A stretch of DNA of 64,000 nt. Origin: the human T2T-CHM13v2.0 reference genome, Homo sapiens. The notes beneath the pieces are model-generated. The model had not been told where the DNA came from, searched no databases, and worked only from the letters and a program-made list of their open reading frames with translations. Shown here in pieces: positions 14,832 through 29,900 of this stretch (positions are counted from its first letter, which is position 1; each line of letters begins with the position of its first letter). The DNA lies in assembly GCF_009914755.1 (NCBI RefSeq), contig NC_060926.1. One strand, written 5' to 3'. Both the position numbers and the translations under genes were made by a program.

Positions 14832-15440
14832 GCATTCTACAAATATTTATTGAGCCTCTGTTATATGCCAGGGCCTTGGGAAGTCCAGGGGAGGGGGAAA
14901 TGGCCCTGCTTTCAGGGAGCTCTCTGTGAATTGGGAGTGCGGGGAAGATAAGCCCTCAGTGTCATAAGAGGTCAGTGGCCAGGGGCCAGATGGAGGTGGG
15001 AGAGGGAGAATCCTGTGTGCCATGATGCTGCCCCGTGCCCCTCTCTTGGACTGTTGGGAGAATAAAAAATCATGGGGTCCCCAGGGCCTGACACCTAAAA
15101 AATACCCCACAAATGGAAGCTGCTCTTGGCTCCCCACCCACCCCCTATACAGTGAAAACAGAGGAGGCGAATGGGGGCTGTCCTCCCAGGCCATCCGGGA
15201 TAGCTTCCCAGGGCATCTATGGATCAGAATCTCAAAGGATGAGTTGGAAGCAGGAGAAAAAAGGTGTTGGAGGCTGAGGAACAGCATGTGCAGCAGTCAT
15301 TAGGTGAAGAAACGGTGTGCGTGCTGGAGCTCCCCACATGGTTTTCTATGACTGGAGCACGGGGGCGTGACCTGGGGGTATGGTGGGGCTGAGGCTGGGG
15401 CCGGGTCACAGAAGGCCTTATATGCTGTGGTGAAGAGGTC
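14832..15440 (-). mobile_element. L2 fragments
   Basis: 'cattctacaaatatttattgagcctctgttatatgccagg', 'gaggaacagcatgtgca', 'gggtcacagaaggcctta'. Confidence 0.6.
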
Positions 15441-16088
15441 AGCAAGATTTAGCTGAATGTTCTTAGATACACAGGTATAAAGGAAACCCAGGTGAGCCTT
15501 GAAATTTCAGCACCCAAAGGAGCCCATCAGTGAATCCTCTTAAGCTGCTCTGCATAGGTTCAGGATAAGCCTGAAGTGGCTGGTTTTTAGATGCAGAGAA
15601 GGCTCTGACCTGCATCCACATGGCCCCCAAGGCTCTGTGGCCTGTGGTCTAGCTGCAGAGGATAGGAGGAAGCTTTTCAAGTTATTACTGGATGGGCTAT
15701 GCTCAACAGGTTTTTCCAGTTCTGCCTCTAGGGAGTCTTGCCCAACAATTAATCCAGATGGTCACCGACGGGTTTCTTTCACCTATAAATCCTTGAAGCC
15801 TCTTTTTGACCCCAACACCACTAATGCAGGCTTCCTCTGTTTTCCCATAGGATTTAGAGGATTCTTCTCAGCTCATTCTGGCCTTTCTTTTCTCACTGCT
15901 GTCATATTTGATGACACAGGAAAAATTAGCAAGGAAGGATAGAATGGTGGATGAATACATACATACATACGTGTATAAATGGCTGTGGCTTGAGGGATTT
16001 TTCTGAATTTTCCTGAAATACAAGTGGATCACTGGAATGAAAATGTTCCGTGGTCATTGCTTCCTGAATTCTAATGTGCTCCCTATGG

Positions 16089-16668
16089 TGTATTTTTTTG
16101 CTAGGTTGTTATAACAAAATATGGCAGATGGCCGTCTTCTCGCTATGTCCTGGCCTTTTCTCTGTGCATGCACGTCCTTGATGTGTCTCCCTCTTCTTTT
16201 TCTTTTTTTTTTTTTTTTTTTAATTTGAGACAGAGTCTCTCTCTGTTGCCCAGGCTGGATTGCAGTGGCGGGATCTTGACTCACTGCAAACTCCGCCTCC
16301 CATGTTCAAGTGATTCTCATGCCTCAGCCTCCTGAGTAGCTGGGATTACAGGTATGCGCCATCACATCTAGCTAACTTTTGTATTTTTAGTGGAGATGGG
16401 GTTTCACCATGTTGGCCAGGCTGGTCTTGAACTCCTGACCTCAGGTGATCTTCCTGCCTCAGCCTTCCAAAGTGCTGGGATTACAGGCATGGGCCACCAC
16501 ACCTGGCCTCCCTCTTCTTATAAGGACATCAGTTATTTTGGATTAGGGCCTCACCCTAACAGCCTCATTTTTACTTAATTATCTCTTTAAAAATCTTATC
16601 CTCAAACACCACTGGGGGTTGGGACTTAAACCTAACAATTTGGGAGGGACACAATTCAGTCCATAACA
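16089..16668 (-). mobile_element. MaLR solo LTR (MLT1A/B-like), split by an Alu
   Basis: 'tgtattttttgctagg...ataacaaaata' and 'ggattagggcctcaccctaa...gggacacaattcagtccataaca'; TG...CA ends. Confidence 0.82.
16199..16508 (-). mobile_element. Full-length AluS
   Basis: Poly(T) then antisense Alu; perfect TSD tccctcttctt at 16188-16198 and 16509-16519. Confidence 0.97.
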
Positions 16669-17160
16669 CACAGCTTTTAACCTTCGAAGTAAAGACTCTA
16701 AGTCCAAAGTCAAGGACAGATGGGGAATTGGGGGTGACAGTAAGTTGAGTTGAAATCAACCCAATTTTGGATTTTAAAAAAAGTCAGGGAGAAGAGCCTG
16801 GCCATATGCTCCTCCATGAATCACCTCTCTGCATGCAGAAGAGGTAGGTATGATTCTGAGCCAGTCTACACAGTAGGTTATGTAGGAGCCCCAAAGGGAA
16901 TAACCTTGCCTCTGCTTGCAAAGCTGTGCTTTTTGAATTTGCTCCTTCCCATTGGACATGGTAAAGGCACTGCAACACCACAAGGGGGACAGTGAGTTTG
17001 CCAAAGCATGGTAACCCACAGGTGCTGCAGCCAGCCCTGTGACCCCCCAAATAGAAGAAGAAGCATGTCCGTCGGCCTGCCCTCAGGACTCAGAAGCAGC
17101 AGGGCTCCAGTCCCCTCTCTGTCCAAGCGTATTCAGCATGCCAGTAAAAAGATGTCTTTG

Positions 17161-17719
17161 AGCTAAAAAACAGAACTACTCTTCGACCCAGCAAACCCAT
17201 TACTAGGTATATACCCAGAGGAATATAAATCATTCTACCATAAAGGCACATGCACGTAAATGTTTATTGCAGCGCTATTCACAATAGCAAGGACATGGAA
17301 TCAACCAACGTAGATGCCCATCAATGGTAGACTGGATAAAGAAAATGTGGTCCATATACACCATGGTATACTGTACAGCCACAAAAAGGAATGAGCTCGT
17401 GTCTTTTACGGGAACATGGATGGAGCTGGAGACCATTATCCTTAACAAACTAATGCAAATACCAGAACAGAAAACCAAGTACCACATGCTCTCACTTATA
17501 AGTAGGAACACATGGACACATAGAGAGGAACAACAGACACTGGAGACTACCTGAAAGTGGAGGCTAGGAGTAGGGAGAGGAACAGAATAACTACTGGATA
17601 CTAAGCTTAGTACCTGGGTGATGAAATAATCTTTACAACAAACCCCTGTGACACAAGTTTACCTATATTACAAACCTGCACATGTACCCACGATCCTAAA
17701 ATAAAAGTTAAAAAAAAAA
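17161..17719 (+). mobile_element. 5'-truncated L1PA13-16-type 3' end
   Basis: ORF2 C-terminus (WIKKMW) plus 3' UTR 'tgaaataatctttacaacaaacccc...aataaaagttaaaa'; approximate TSD aaaaagatgtctttg / aaaaagtctttg. Confidence 0.92.
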
Positions 17720-19652
17720 GTCTTTGCTTACCTTCTCCAGAGCTTTCCTCTGTCTCCCTTTGTGCTTGTTGATTTTACTTCTTGTAGATGGGTTTTCTGT
17801 ACTTTTCATTTCCCGCCAGTTGAAGCGGCCAGGATACAGCTATGTTTCATCTTTTCAGTAAGGCAGAAAATAGCATGTGCCTTGGGTCTGACTGTCTGTG
17901 GCCTGTTCCTGCTTTCCCTCGTGGCCTGTATGTTTGATCCATTTCACCAGCGCATGGCCCACCGTTGCCTAACTGTGATACTCAGCTCCCCAACCTCAGG
18001 AAGAGAAATAGTCACCCCTGCTTCAGAACATGGTGGTGAAGAGAGCCATCTTGGGCTACTCAAAATCCAAAGACTTAGAAGGAAAAGCTCAGATTCATTC
18101 TCAACCCTCCTCTCCCCAGAGCACTTGGCTACCAGAAAGATCCAGCTGCCACTGCCTGTCACCTTTCTAAAGAAGCATAGTTTTTAAGACACAAGACTAT
18201 TGAGCAGGTTGGATTTTAAAAATTGGGAAACATCTCCAAGCAGTTTGGAAGGAAAAGAGACTCTGATCTTGAATAACCTCCTCAGGGGATCAAAGAAAAA
18301 GACCCACTAAGATGAACATCCCCCCTCTTGCCCCATTCAGGTTAAGTATAAATAAGACTTGCCCACCTTGGGAGACCTGAGCTCACACCTGCTGCTGATG
18401 ACATGGAGGAGACTGAGCAGGGGAGCCACAGGGATTAGAGATGGGCATTGTTCCAGTCTGGCCCAATTTTTATTCACTTTCCTATTGCAAGGAATGCCCT
18501 TAGAAATTGCAAAGCCATTGCATTTTGCTAATGCTAACAGAAATTCCTTAAACTAGGAGATTGTGCCACTGCCCATCAATTTTACAAGGCAATAATGCAG
18601 ATCCCAAGTGGCTAAAGTCTGAGGCAGAAGGCAGAGCACTTCATCACAGTGAGAGAACTGGGTTGTTGCTGGGGGAAGCTGTTCTGATATCACGCTGGTA
18701 TTACCATGCATTAATAAGCTTTGTTCATCTTCTCTGACACTGGAGGGCCAACCCTTTTGCTTCATCTTCCTGCTTATTATGCAGCTCAGGCCATGGAGAT
18801 GGGCTGCCTGCTTGTCATAAATTGTAGGCAAACTCCCTTCGTTCTGTTGTTGGTCCCAGTGGGCTTGAGCTCCTGGGAACCAAGGCTTTCAGTTCCACAA
18901 ATGCACACTGAGCCCTGATGCCAGGCTAGGCCCTGTGGGGAACTCCAAGATACATGAGCCACAGTTCCTGCCTTTGTGATCGTGTTGTGGTCAGGGAGAA
19001 AGTCACATGGCCTAATAATTATACCAACAGGCAGAATGTGTAACAGACAGGAAAACAAACAGCTGTGGGAACTCAGGAAGGGAAGGAGTAACTTTCAATG
19101 AAAGAACAGGGAGATCCTTGGACAAGGTTTCAGTACATAGACACTTAGAGAATGCAGCCGTTTCAGCCTGGAATTTGCCATAGCAAAGAAGAGGGAGCCC
19201 AGAAATAAGAAGATGACACACGAAATATATGTATATGTAACCAGAATAATTTAACCATCCTAAAATAATCCTTTATGCTATGGCTCCATAATTGTTCTCT
19301 CTCTCTTCCAGCAGCCCCTGGTAACCAATGATCTATTATTCTTCATCACTATAATTTTGTCTTTTTGACAAAATTCCATATAAATGTAATCATACAATCT
19401 GTAAACTTTTGATATGGACTTCATTCACTCCGCATGATGTCTTTGAGATTCAGCCAAGTGGTTGCATTCATCAACAGTGAATCATTTTCATTGCTGAGTA
19501 CTGGTCCGTTGTGTGGATTAGCAGAGTTTGTTTTTCCATTCACCCTTTGAAGGACATTTGGGTTATGTCCAGTTTTTGACAATTGTGAGTAGAGCTGCTA
19601 TAAGTATTCATGTACAGATTATTATGTGAACATAAATCTTCATTTCTCAAGG

Positions 19653-19858
19653 ACCAAGTTTCTTACCTCAACATTGGCACTGCCAACCTTGACATCTGGG
19701 GCCAGATACTTTGTTGTGAGGGAACTGCCATGTGCATTGCAGAATGTTTAGTTTATCCCTGGCCGCTACTGATGCCAGTAGAACTCTGCCAATTGTGGCA
19801 ATCAAAATGTCTGCAGACACTGACAAATGCAAATATCATCCACACCTGAGAACCACTG
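19653..19858 (+). mobile_element. MER20 (hAT-Charlie)
   Basis: 'ctcaacattggcact...gacatctggggccagata...aaaatgtctgcagacactgacaaatg...tgagaaccactg'. Confidence 0.8.
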
Positions 19859-21647
19859 CTCTTGGTTAAATACCCAGGAATGAATTTACTGGATTATATG
19901 GCAAGCATATAACTTTAGAAGAAACTTTTTGTTCCTGATGTATGAGAGATCCAGTTACTCAGCATCCTAGCTGACACTCAGTATTGTGTATTTTTTATTT
20001 TTCCTATTCCAATAGATATATAGAGGCATCTTACTGTGGTTTTAGTTTGCATCTCCCCAGTAGCTGATGCTGTTGAAAATCTTTCGATGTGCTTGTTTGC
20101 CATATGTATCCCCTTTAGTGAAACTGATAAAATCATTTTCCCATTTTTAATTGGATAATTTGTTTTCCTACTGTTGAGCTTTGAGAGTTATTTATAGATT
20201 CTAAATACAAATTCTCTTTTGGATATGTGACTTTTGCAAATATCTTCTCCCATTGTATAGTATGTATTTTCATTTCCTTATCAGTGCCTTTTGCAGAGAA
20301 AAGTTTTTTATTTTGATGAAATCCAATTTATCCATTTTTCTCTTTCATGAGTTATGCTTTTGATGCCAAACCTAAGAACTCTTCGTTAAACCTCAAGTCA
20401 TGAAGGTTTTATCTCATTATTTTTCTAAAAGTTTAAGAGTTTTTTTGTTTTACATTTAGATTTATAATTCATTTTGACCTGATTTGTCTGTAAGATGTGA
20501 AGTTTAGGTCAAGATATGCTTATCTTTTGACTATTGTGATATCAAATTGACTATTGTGATATCTGTTGAAAATACTATCCTTTCTTCATTCAATTCCTTT
20601 TGCATCTTTGTGAAAAAATATTTGGACATATTTGTGTAGAATTATTTCTGGATTTTTATATTTTGTTCCCATTGACCTACGTGTATATTTCTCAACCACA
20701 CTATCTTCATTAGTATAACTTTATACTAAGCCTTAAAATCAAATAAGATAATTCCTCTGACTTTATTCATCTTTGGCAAATTGTTTTAGTGATTCTAGTT
20801 TCTTTTCTTTTACATGCAAATTTTAGAATCATTTTGTCTCTATCTACAGAAAATTCATTGGTGATTTTGATTGGAATTATAAAAAATCTATGGATCAGTT
20901 TGGGAAGAATTAACAAATGTACTATGTTGACTCTTCCGATCCATTTTATTAGTTCCTCTTTGATTTCTTTAATCCAGATTTTTTATTTCCAGCATAAGGA
21001 TGATGTACATGTTTTTGTAGATTTATAACTAAATATTTCATTTTGGGGGAAGCTGTGGTAAAAAGGTATGTTGTTTTAAGTTTTGCTTTCTAGTTGTATG
21101 TTGCTAGTATTTAGAAATATAATCAATGTTTTAATGTATTGACCTTGTATCCTGTAACCTGCTAAGCTCGTTATTAGTTCTAGAGGATTTAAGGGCATGC
21201 CGGGGGACATTTACTGTGTGTTGTTTTTTTTTTTTTCTATGTAAGCAAGCATGTTGTCTGTGAATAGCAACAGTTTTATTGTTTCCTTTCCAATTTCCAT
21301 GGCTTTGTTTTCTTTTTCTTGCCTTGTTGCATTGGCTAGGATTTTCAGTATGTGATGAATAAGAGTGATGAGAATTGACATCCTTACTTTGTTCCAGATC
21401 TTAGGCAGAAAGTGTTCAGCCTTTTGCAACTAGATATGATATTCTCTACAGGGCTTTCTGTGTGTATGTGTGTTTTTCTCTTGTAATTGTCCTTAATCAG
21501 GATAAGACAGTTCTCTTCTATCCCTAGCTTCCTAAGAGATTTTTTTAAATCAGGAATTAATGTTAAATTTTGCCAAATGCTTTTTCTGCATCAATTGATA
21601 TGATTATGGTTTTTTTTTCTTTTTTAGGTTGTTAATATGATAAATAA

Positions 21648-21942
<295 letters not shown>

Positions 21943-23728
21943 TAATGGTTTAGTTTTGAGTATGCAACTGGCCTTGCATTCCTAGGATAAAGTCTACTTG
22001 GTCATGATGTATTATTCTTTTTATATATTGCTGCATTCCATTTGCTAATAAATTGTTGGGGATTTTTGCATCTATGTTCCTGAGAAATCTTGGTCTGTAG
22101 GTTTTTTTCTTCCTGTACGATCTTTGCCTAGTTTTGGTATCACAGTAACACTGGCCTCATAAAATGAGTTGGGAAGGGTTCCCTCCTCTTCTGTTTCCTG
22201 GAAGAGATTGTGTAGAATCAGTGTTATTTTTTATGTAAATATTGGGTAGAATTCACCAATGAAACCATTAAGGCCTAGAGATTTCTTTTTTTTTACAATC
22301 TTTTAACTATGAATTACATTTTCTTAAACTTTAATGAGATGATTCTTGTTATGTATTTCATTTCGTATGATCCTTGGTAACATGAAATATTCAAGGAATT
22401 ACTTCATTTCAGCTGTTACCAAATTATGTGTGTAAGGTTGTTCATAGTGTTTTATTTTATCCTTTTGATTACTGTGAGGCTGTACTGCTTTCCCTTCTTT
22501 CATTTTTGATTTCAGTAATTTGTGTCTTTCTATTTTTGTCTTTGTAAATTTGTTAGAACTTTATCAATTATCTTTTTGAAGAACAACCTTTACTTTTACA
22601 TTTATTTTTCTCTATCATATTTCTATTTTTATTGATTTCTGTTTTTATATTTATTATTTATTTTCTTCCAGTTGCTTTGGGTTTTACTCTTGTTTTTCTA
22701 GTTTCTTGAGGTATACTTAGATTATTGATTTTAGACTTTTCTTCTTTTCTCTTGTAAGCATTTTATGCTATAACTTTGCCTCTGAGTACTACTTTTCCTG
22801 CACCCCACAACAACTTATATATTGCATTTTCATTGTTCTCCACTTCTAATTTCCCTTGAGACTTCCTCCTTGACCCATGAATTATATATAGAATTATATA
22901 TAGAAGTATGAGGTCTAATTTTTAAGTGTCTAGAATTTGTCCTGTTCTCTTTATGTTATTGATCTCAAATTTATTTCTATTATAATCAGAGAAGATACCA
23001 TGTCTAATTTATGTTTAGATTTTTTTAATTGTCAAAATTTGTCTTGTTACCCAGGATATGGTCTATCTTGGTGGATATTTCATTTGTCCTTAAAAAAATG
23101 TGTATTTGCTATTGTTGAGTAGAATGTTATAATGTCAAGAAGATCTAGTTGGTTGATAATGTTCTTCAGTTCTTTGTATCCTTGCTGATCTTCTGTCAAT
23201 CAGCATTCTGTCTATCGACTGATAATCTCAGTCCTATCTATTACTGAAAGAGTAAAGTGACATATTCAACTATGCCTGTGGATCTGTCTACTTATCCTTT
23301 CCATTCTGTCTGGTTTTTGCTTAGTATATTTTAAAGCATTGTGTGTGCATTCACATTTAGCATTATTACATCTTCTTGTTTCATTAGCCTTTTTATCATT
23401 ATGTAATTCCCTCTTTATTCCTGGAAGTTTTCTTTTTTCTGAAGTCTACATTGTCTGATATTAATATAAATACTGCAGGCTTATTTGGATTAGTTTTTGC
23501 TTTGCATATTTTTTGTCCTTTTAGTTTTACATCTATCATTTTATTTGGAGTTATTTTTTGGTACACAACTTAGGTTTTTTTAAAACATTTATTTTAAAAT
23601 TTGTCTCTTGATTGGTATGTTTAAACTATTTACATTTAATGTGATTATTGATATGTTTGGATTAGGTCTGTCATTTTATTTGTTTTCTGTTTTCTCTTCT
23701 TTTCATTCCTCCATTTCCTCTTACATGT

Positions 23729-24209
23729 TGTGTTAGTTTCCTATGGCTACTGTAACAAACTACTGCAAGGTTGATGACATAAAACAACAAAAAATTATTC
23801 TTTCATAGTTTTAGAGGTCAGAAGTCTGAAATCGGTATCACTGATCCAAAATCAAGGTGTTGGCAGGATTGCGCTACCTTTGGAGGCTTCAGAGAATAAT
23901 CCATTCCTTGCTTCTTTCAGGCTCTGGTTGCTTCTGGCATTCCTTGACTGTGGCCAACTCGTTCCAGTCTCTCTCTCCGTGGTCACATTGCCTCCTCCTC
24001 TTCTGTCTGTGAAATCTCTCTCTTATAAAGATGCATGTGATTGCATTTAGGACCTACCTGAATAATCCAGAATAATCTCTCCATTTTAAGAATCTTAACT
24101 ACACCTGTAAAGGCCCTTTTCCCTTATAAAGTAATATTTGCAGATTTCAGGAATTAGGATCTGAAATTAGGATTCAGGAATTTGGATGGCTATCATTCAG
24201 CCTGCAACA
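23729..24209 (-). mobile_element. MaLR solo LTR (MLT1C-like)
   Basis: 'tgtgttagtttcctatggctactgtaacaaa...agaagtctgaaatc...ataatccagaataatctctcc...attcagcctgcaaca'. Confidence 0.88.
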
Positions 24210-25325
24210 CTTACCTTCTTTTGAATTACTTGAACATTCTTTAGAATTTCATTTAAAAGAAATTTAACTATATCTCTTTGCATATGTGTTTTTCTGTTTA
24301 GTAGTTGCTGTAAGAACTACAATATATATACTTAACTTTATAATTTACTTAGAATCAATATTTTATCTCTTCAAGTGGAATGTAGAAACCTTACCACCAT
24401 AGTGTTCCTCTCCCCTCTTTCTGTCATATGCATCTTATCAGTACACCTACATACCCTGGAAACCACATCAGACAATATTTTGCTTTCAAATTTTGCTTTC
24501 AATCATTAAACATGTTTTAAAAGAATTATGAGAAGAAATAGTTTATCATATTTATTCAGCTGTTTACCCTTTCTGTTGCTCTTCCTTCGTTCCTGATTGG
24601 TATTTACCATTTCCATTTTTCCTTCCTTCATTTTGCTTCTGCCTGAAAAACTGCTTTTAACAATTTTTTTAGAGCAGATTTGCTGGCAACAAATTCTGTT
24701 TTCTCATTGGTAATTTTTTAAATCTCATCCTAATTTCTGAACGATCATTTACACGATATATAATTCTGGATTGACAGTTGTTACTTTCAGTACTTGAAAA
24801 ATCTTTCTGGTCTCTACAGTTTCTGATGAGAAATTCAATCATTCAGATTGTTTTTCTCCTAGAGGTAATGCGTCAGTTTTTCTTCAGCTGCTTTCAAGAA
24901 TTTTTCTTTGTTTTTAGATTCCAGATGTTTGATTATGATGTGTCTAGGCATAAATTTCTTTGTGTTTATCCTGTCTGGGGTTCACTAAACTTCTGAAACC
25001 TGCACATTTGTGGGGTTTTGCCAGATTTAGGGAGTCTTTTGACATTATATCTTCAAGTACTGCCTTCTTTCTCCTCTCCTTCCGTGATTCCAATGACATG
25101 AAGGTTAGACCTTTTGTTACAATCCCACAGGTCCCTGGGGCTCTCTTTTTCTTTGCCAGTCTATTTTCTCTCTGTTGTTCAGATAGGATAATTTCTATTA
25201 TTCTATCTTCTAGTTTACTCAGTCTTTCCTCTGTCTCCATAGTTCTGCTTTGGAGCTCATCTTTCTTTTAATCAGGTTACTTTTCAGTTCTAAAATGTCT
25301 ACTTGATTCTCTTTTATGTTTTATA

Positions 25326-25626
<301 letters not shown>

Positions 25627-26114
25627 TGTATTTTCTATTTCTTTACTGAAATTTACTATTCTACCATTTGTTTCAAGACGGTTTGTGATTGTTCATTAGA
25701 TAATTTTTAGAATGGCTACTTTAAAGCTTTTGCCAGATAATTCTAACATCTGTGTCATTTTGCTGTTGGCATCCGTTGATTGACCTTTTTCATGCAAGCT
25801 ACATTTCTCTTCTCCTTCATATGCTGAAAAATATTGGATTATTTCCTAGACCTTTTGAATATTATGTTATGAGATTCTGGATGTTGTTTAAAACCTATGG
25901 AGAATGTTGATGTTTTTGTTTTAGCAGGCTATGTACCTGGTTATGTTTGGGCTGCAAATTTCAATGCACCTTCTGTTGATTGTGATTCCAATGTCGGTTT
26001 GGCCCTCAAACCTTTTGCAGCACTATTTAGCTATGTTCCGTGTATGCACCACTAACAGGCCAGTCTGGCATCTGAATTCTCATCTGTTTACTAGTTCAGT
26101 TATCAAGGCCTTTT

Positions 26115-26437
26115 TTTAAAAGCTGTACATGTATTTGTTTACTTATTTTTAAAGTTTTTATAAATTTATGGAGTACAGTGCAATTTTGTTAATACATGCA
26201 TATATTGCATAGTGGTAAATTCATGGATATTAGGGTTATTCCTTGGGTATTCAGTAGGGTATTCATCACCCAAATAATGTACATTGTACCCATTAAGTAA
26301 TTTCTCATCTATCCCCCCAGCCTCTCGACCTTCTGAGTCTCCATTGACTGATTCCACATTCTGTGTCCTAGTGTATATACATTATTTAGTTCCCACTTAT
26401 AAGTGAGAACATGTAATATTTGTCTTTCTGTGTCTGT
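26115..26437 (-). mobile_element. L1PB/L1MA-type 3' end fragment inserted in the older L1 5' UTR
   Basis: 'tacattgtacccattaagtaatttctcatc...cccacttataagtgagaacatg'; candidate TSD tcaaggcctttt / tcaaagtctttt. Confidence 0.85.
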
Positions 26438-26979
26438 TCAAAGTCTTTTGTATGCTTATTAGCATGAAATCCATGCATGAAGGCCTCAGGCTGCATTCAA
26501 CATTTCGTAAACAACTTTCTGGGGCTGCTTTCCCAAGTCCTGCCTCTCCATGACCATCCTGATACTTTCTGGTTCCCTCGGGCTTCCTCTCCTCATCCTC
26601 CAGCCAGAAAGCTGAGGTTTAGTTATCCTACTCTGCTGCACATGCTTCCAGGGACATGAGCAGCATGAGGAAAAAGAGTTAAACTCACTGCCAGTTTTGG
26701 AGCACTTTGAATTCTGATCTTCTTCCCTAATCTACCTGCCACTATTTATTTTTCAGAGTCCTCAAGTAGCTTCTCCATGCACTGTGTCCAGAAATTATGG
26801 CTGCATTCAGTGAAAGAGATGGGGGAAGTCATCTCTATGTTACCCAGAACCAGAGCCCATAGCCTATACCTTTAGTAAGAGTCACCTTTTTTTTTTTTAA
26901 TTCTGAAAAGTGGAGGTACTACAGTGTGAAAGGCCAAAAAAAAAAAAAAAATCTTTGATTTCTGAAAGAATTAATTCCA

Positions 26980-29900
26980 TTCAGGGATTCAACTTCTTCC
27001 TGGTTTAGTCTTGGGAGGGTGTATGTGTCCCAGAATTTATCCATTTCTTCTAGATTTTCTAGTTTATTTGCATAGAGGTGTTTATAGTATTCTGTGATGG
27101 TAGTTTGTATTTCTGTGGGATCAGTGGGGATATCCCCTTTATCATTTTTTATTGTGTCTATTTGATTCATCTCTCTTTTCTTCTTTATTAGTCTGACTAG
27201 CAATCTATTTTGTTAATCTTTTCAAAAAACCAGCTCCTGGATTCATTGATTTTTTGAAGGATTTTTTGTGTCTCTATCTCCTTCAGCTCTGCTCTGATCT
27301 TAGTTATTTCTTGTCTTCTGATAGCTTTTGAATTTGTTTGCTCTTGCTTCTGTAGTTCTTTTAATTGTGATGTTAAGGTGTCAATTTTAGATCTTTCCTG
27401 CTTCCTCCTGTGGGCATTTAGTGGTATAAATTTCCCTCTAACCACTGCTTTAGCTGTGTCCCAGAGATTCTGGTATGTTGTGTCTTTGTTCTCATTGGTT
27501 TCAAGAACTTATTTATTTCTGCCTAAATTTCATAGTCATTCAGGAGCAGGTTGTTCAGTTTCCATGTAGTTGTGTGATTGAGGCAATAATTAATAGCCTA
27601 TCAACCAAAAAAAGCCCAGGACAAGATGGATTCACAGCCAAATTCTACCAGAGGTACAAAGGGGAGCTGGTACCGTTCCTTCTGAAACTATTCGGAATAG
27701 TAGAAAAAGAGGGACTCTCCCTAACTCATTTTATGAGGCCAGCATCATCCTGATACCAAAACCTGGCAGAGACACAACAACAACAACAAAATTTCAGGCC
27801 AATATCCCTGATGAACAATGATGTGAACATCCTCAATAAAAAACTGGCAAGCCAAATCCAACAGCACATCAAAAAGCTTATTCACCACGATCAAGCTGGC
27901 TTCATCCCTGGGATGCAAGGCTAGTTCAACACATACAAATCAACAAACATAATCTATCACATAAACAGAACGAATGACAAAAACCACATGATTATCTCAA
28001 TAGATACAGAAATGCCTTCAATAAAATTCAACATCCGTTCATGCTAAAAACTCTCAATAAACTAGGTATCGATGGAATGTATCTCAAAATAATAAGAGCT
28101 ATTTATGACAAAACCACAGCCAATATCATACTGAATAGGCAAAAGGTGGAAGCATTCCCTTTGAAAACCAGCACAAGCCAAGAATGCCCTCTCTCACCAC
28201 TCCTATTCAACATAGTATTGGGAGTTCTGGCCAGGGCAATCAGGCAAGAGAAAGAAATAAAGGATATTCAAATAGGAAGAGAGGAAGTCAAATTCTCTCT
28301 GTTTGCAGATGACATGATTGTATATTTAGAAAACCCCATCGTCTCAGCCCAGAATCTCCTTAAGCGTATAAGCAACTTCAGCAAAGTCTCAGGATACAAA
28401 ATCAATGTGCAAAAATCACAAACATTCCTATACACCAATAACATACAAACAGAGAGCCAAATCATGAGTGAACTCCCATTTAAAATTGCTACAAAGAGAA
28501 TAAAATACCTAGGAATACAACTTACAAGGGATGTGAAGGACATCTTCAAGGAGAACTACAAGCTGCTGCTCAACGAAATAAGAGAGGACACAAACAAATG
28601 GAAAAACATTCCATGCTCCTGGATAGGAAGAATCAATATCATGAAAATGGCCATACTGCCTGAAGTAATTTATAGATTCAATGCTATCCCCACCAAGCTA
28701 CCATTGACTTTCTTCACAGAATTAGAAAAAAACTACTTTAAATTTCATATGGAACCAAAAAAGAGCCCGTATAGCCAATACAATCCTAAGCAAAAGGAAC
28801 AAAGCTGGAGGCATCACACTACCTGACTTCAAACTATACTACAAGGCTACAGTAACCAAAACAGCATGGTACTGGTACTAAAACAGATATATAGACCAAT
28901 GGAACAGAACAGAGGCCTCAGAAATAATGCTACACATCTATAATCATCTGATCTTTGACAAACCTTACAAAAACAAGCAATGGGGAAAGGATTCCATATT
29001 CAATAAATTGTGTTAGGAAAACTGGCTAGCCCACAGAAAACAGAAACTGGACCCCTTGCTTACACTTTATACAAAAATTAACTCAAGATGGATTAAAGAC
29101 TTAAATGTAAGACCTAAAACCATAAAAATCCTAGAAGACAACCTAGGCAATAGCATTCAGGACATAGGCATGGGCAGAGACTTCATGACTAAAACACCAA
29201 AAGCAATGCCAATGAAAGCCAAAATTGACAAATGGGATCCAATTAAACTAAAGAGCTTCTGCACAGCAAAAGAAACTATCATCAGAGTGAACAGGCAACC
29301 TACAGAATGGGAGAAAATTTTTGCAACCTATCCGTCTGACAAAGGTCTACTACCCAGAATCTACAAAGAACTTAAACAAATTTACAAGAAAAAAAAAAAG
29401 AAACAACCCCATCAAAAATTGGGTGAAGGATATGCATAGACACTTCTCAAAAGAAGACATTTATGTGACCAACAAACGTGAAAAAAAGCTCATCATCACT
29501 GGTCATTAGAAAAATGCAAATCAAAACCACAATGAGATACCATCTCATGCCAGTTAGAATGGCAATCATTAAAAAGTCAGGAAAAGACAGATGCTGGAAA
29601 GAATGTGGAGAAATAGGAACACTTTTACACTGTTGGTGGGAGTGTAAATTAGTTCAACCATTGTGGAAGACACCGTGGTGATTTCTGGTTCTAGATTCCA
29701 GTGATCTAGAACCAGAAATACCATTTGACTCAGCAATCCCATTACTGGTATATACCCAAAGGATTATAAATCATGCTACTATAAAGACACTTGCACACAT
29801 ATGTTTATTGCAGCACTGTTCACAATAGCAAAAACTTGGAACCAACCCAAATGCCCACCAATGATAGACTGGATAAAGAAAATGTGGCACATATACACCA

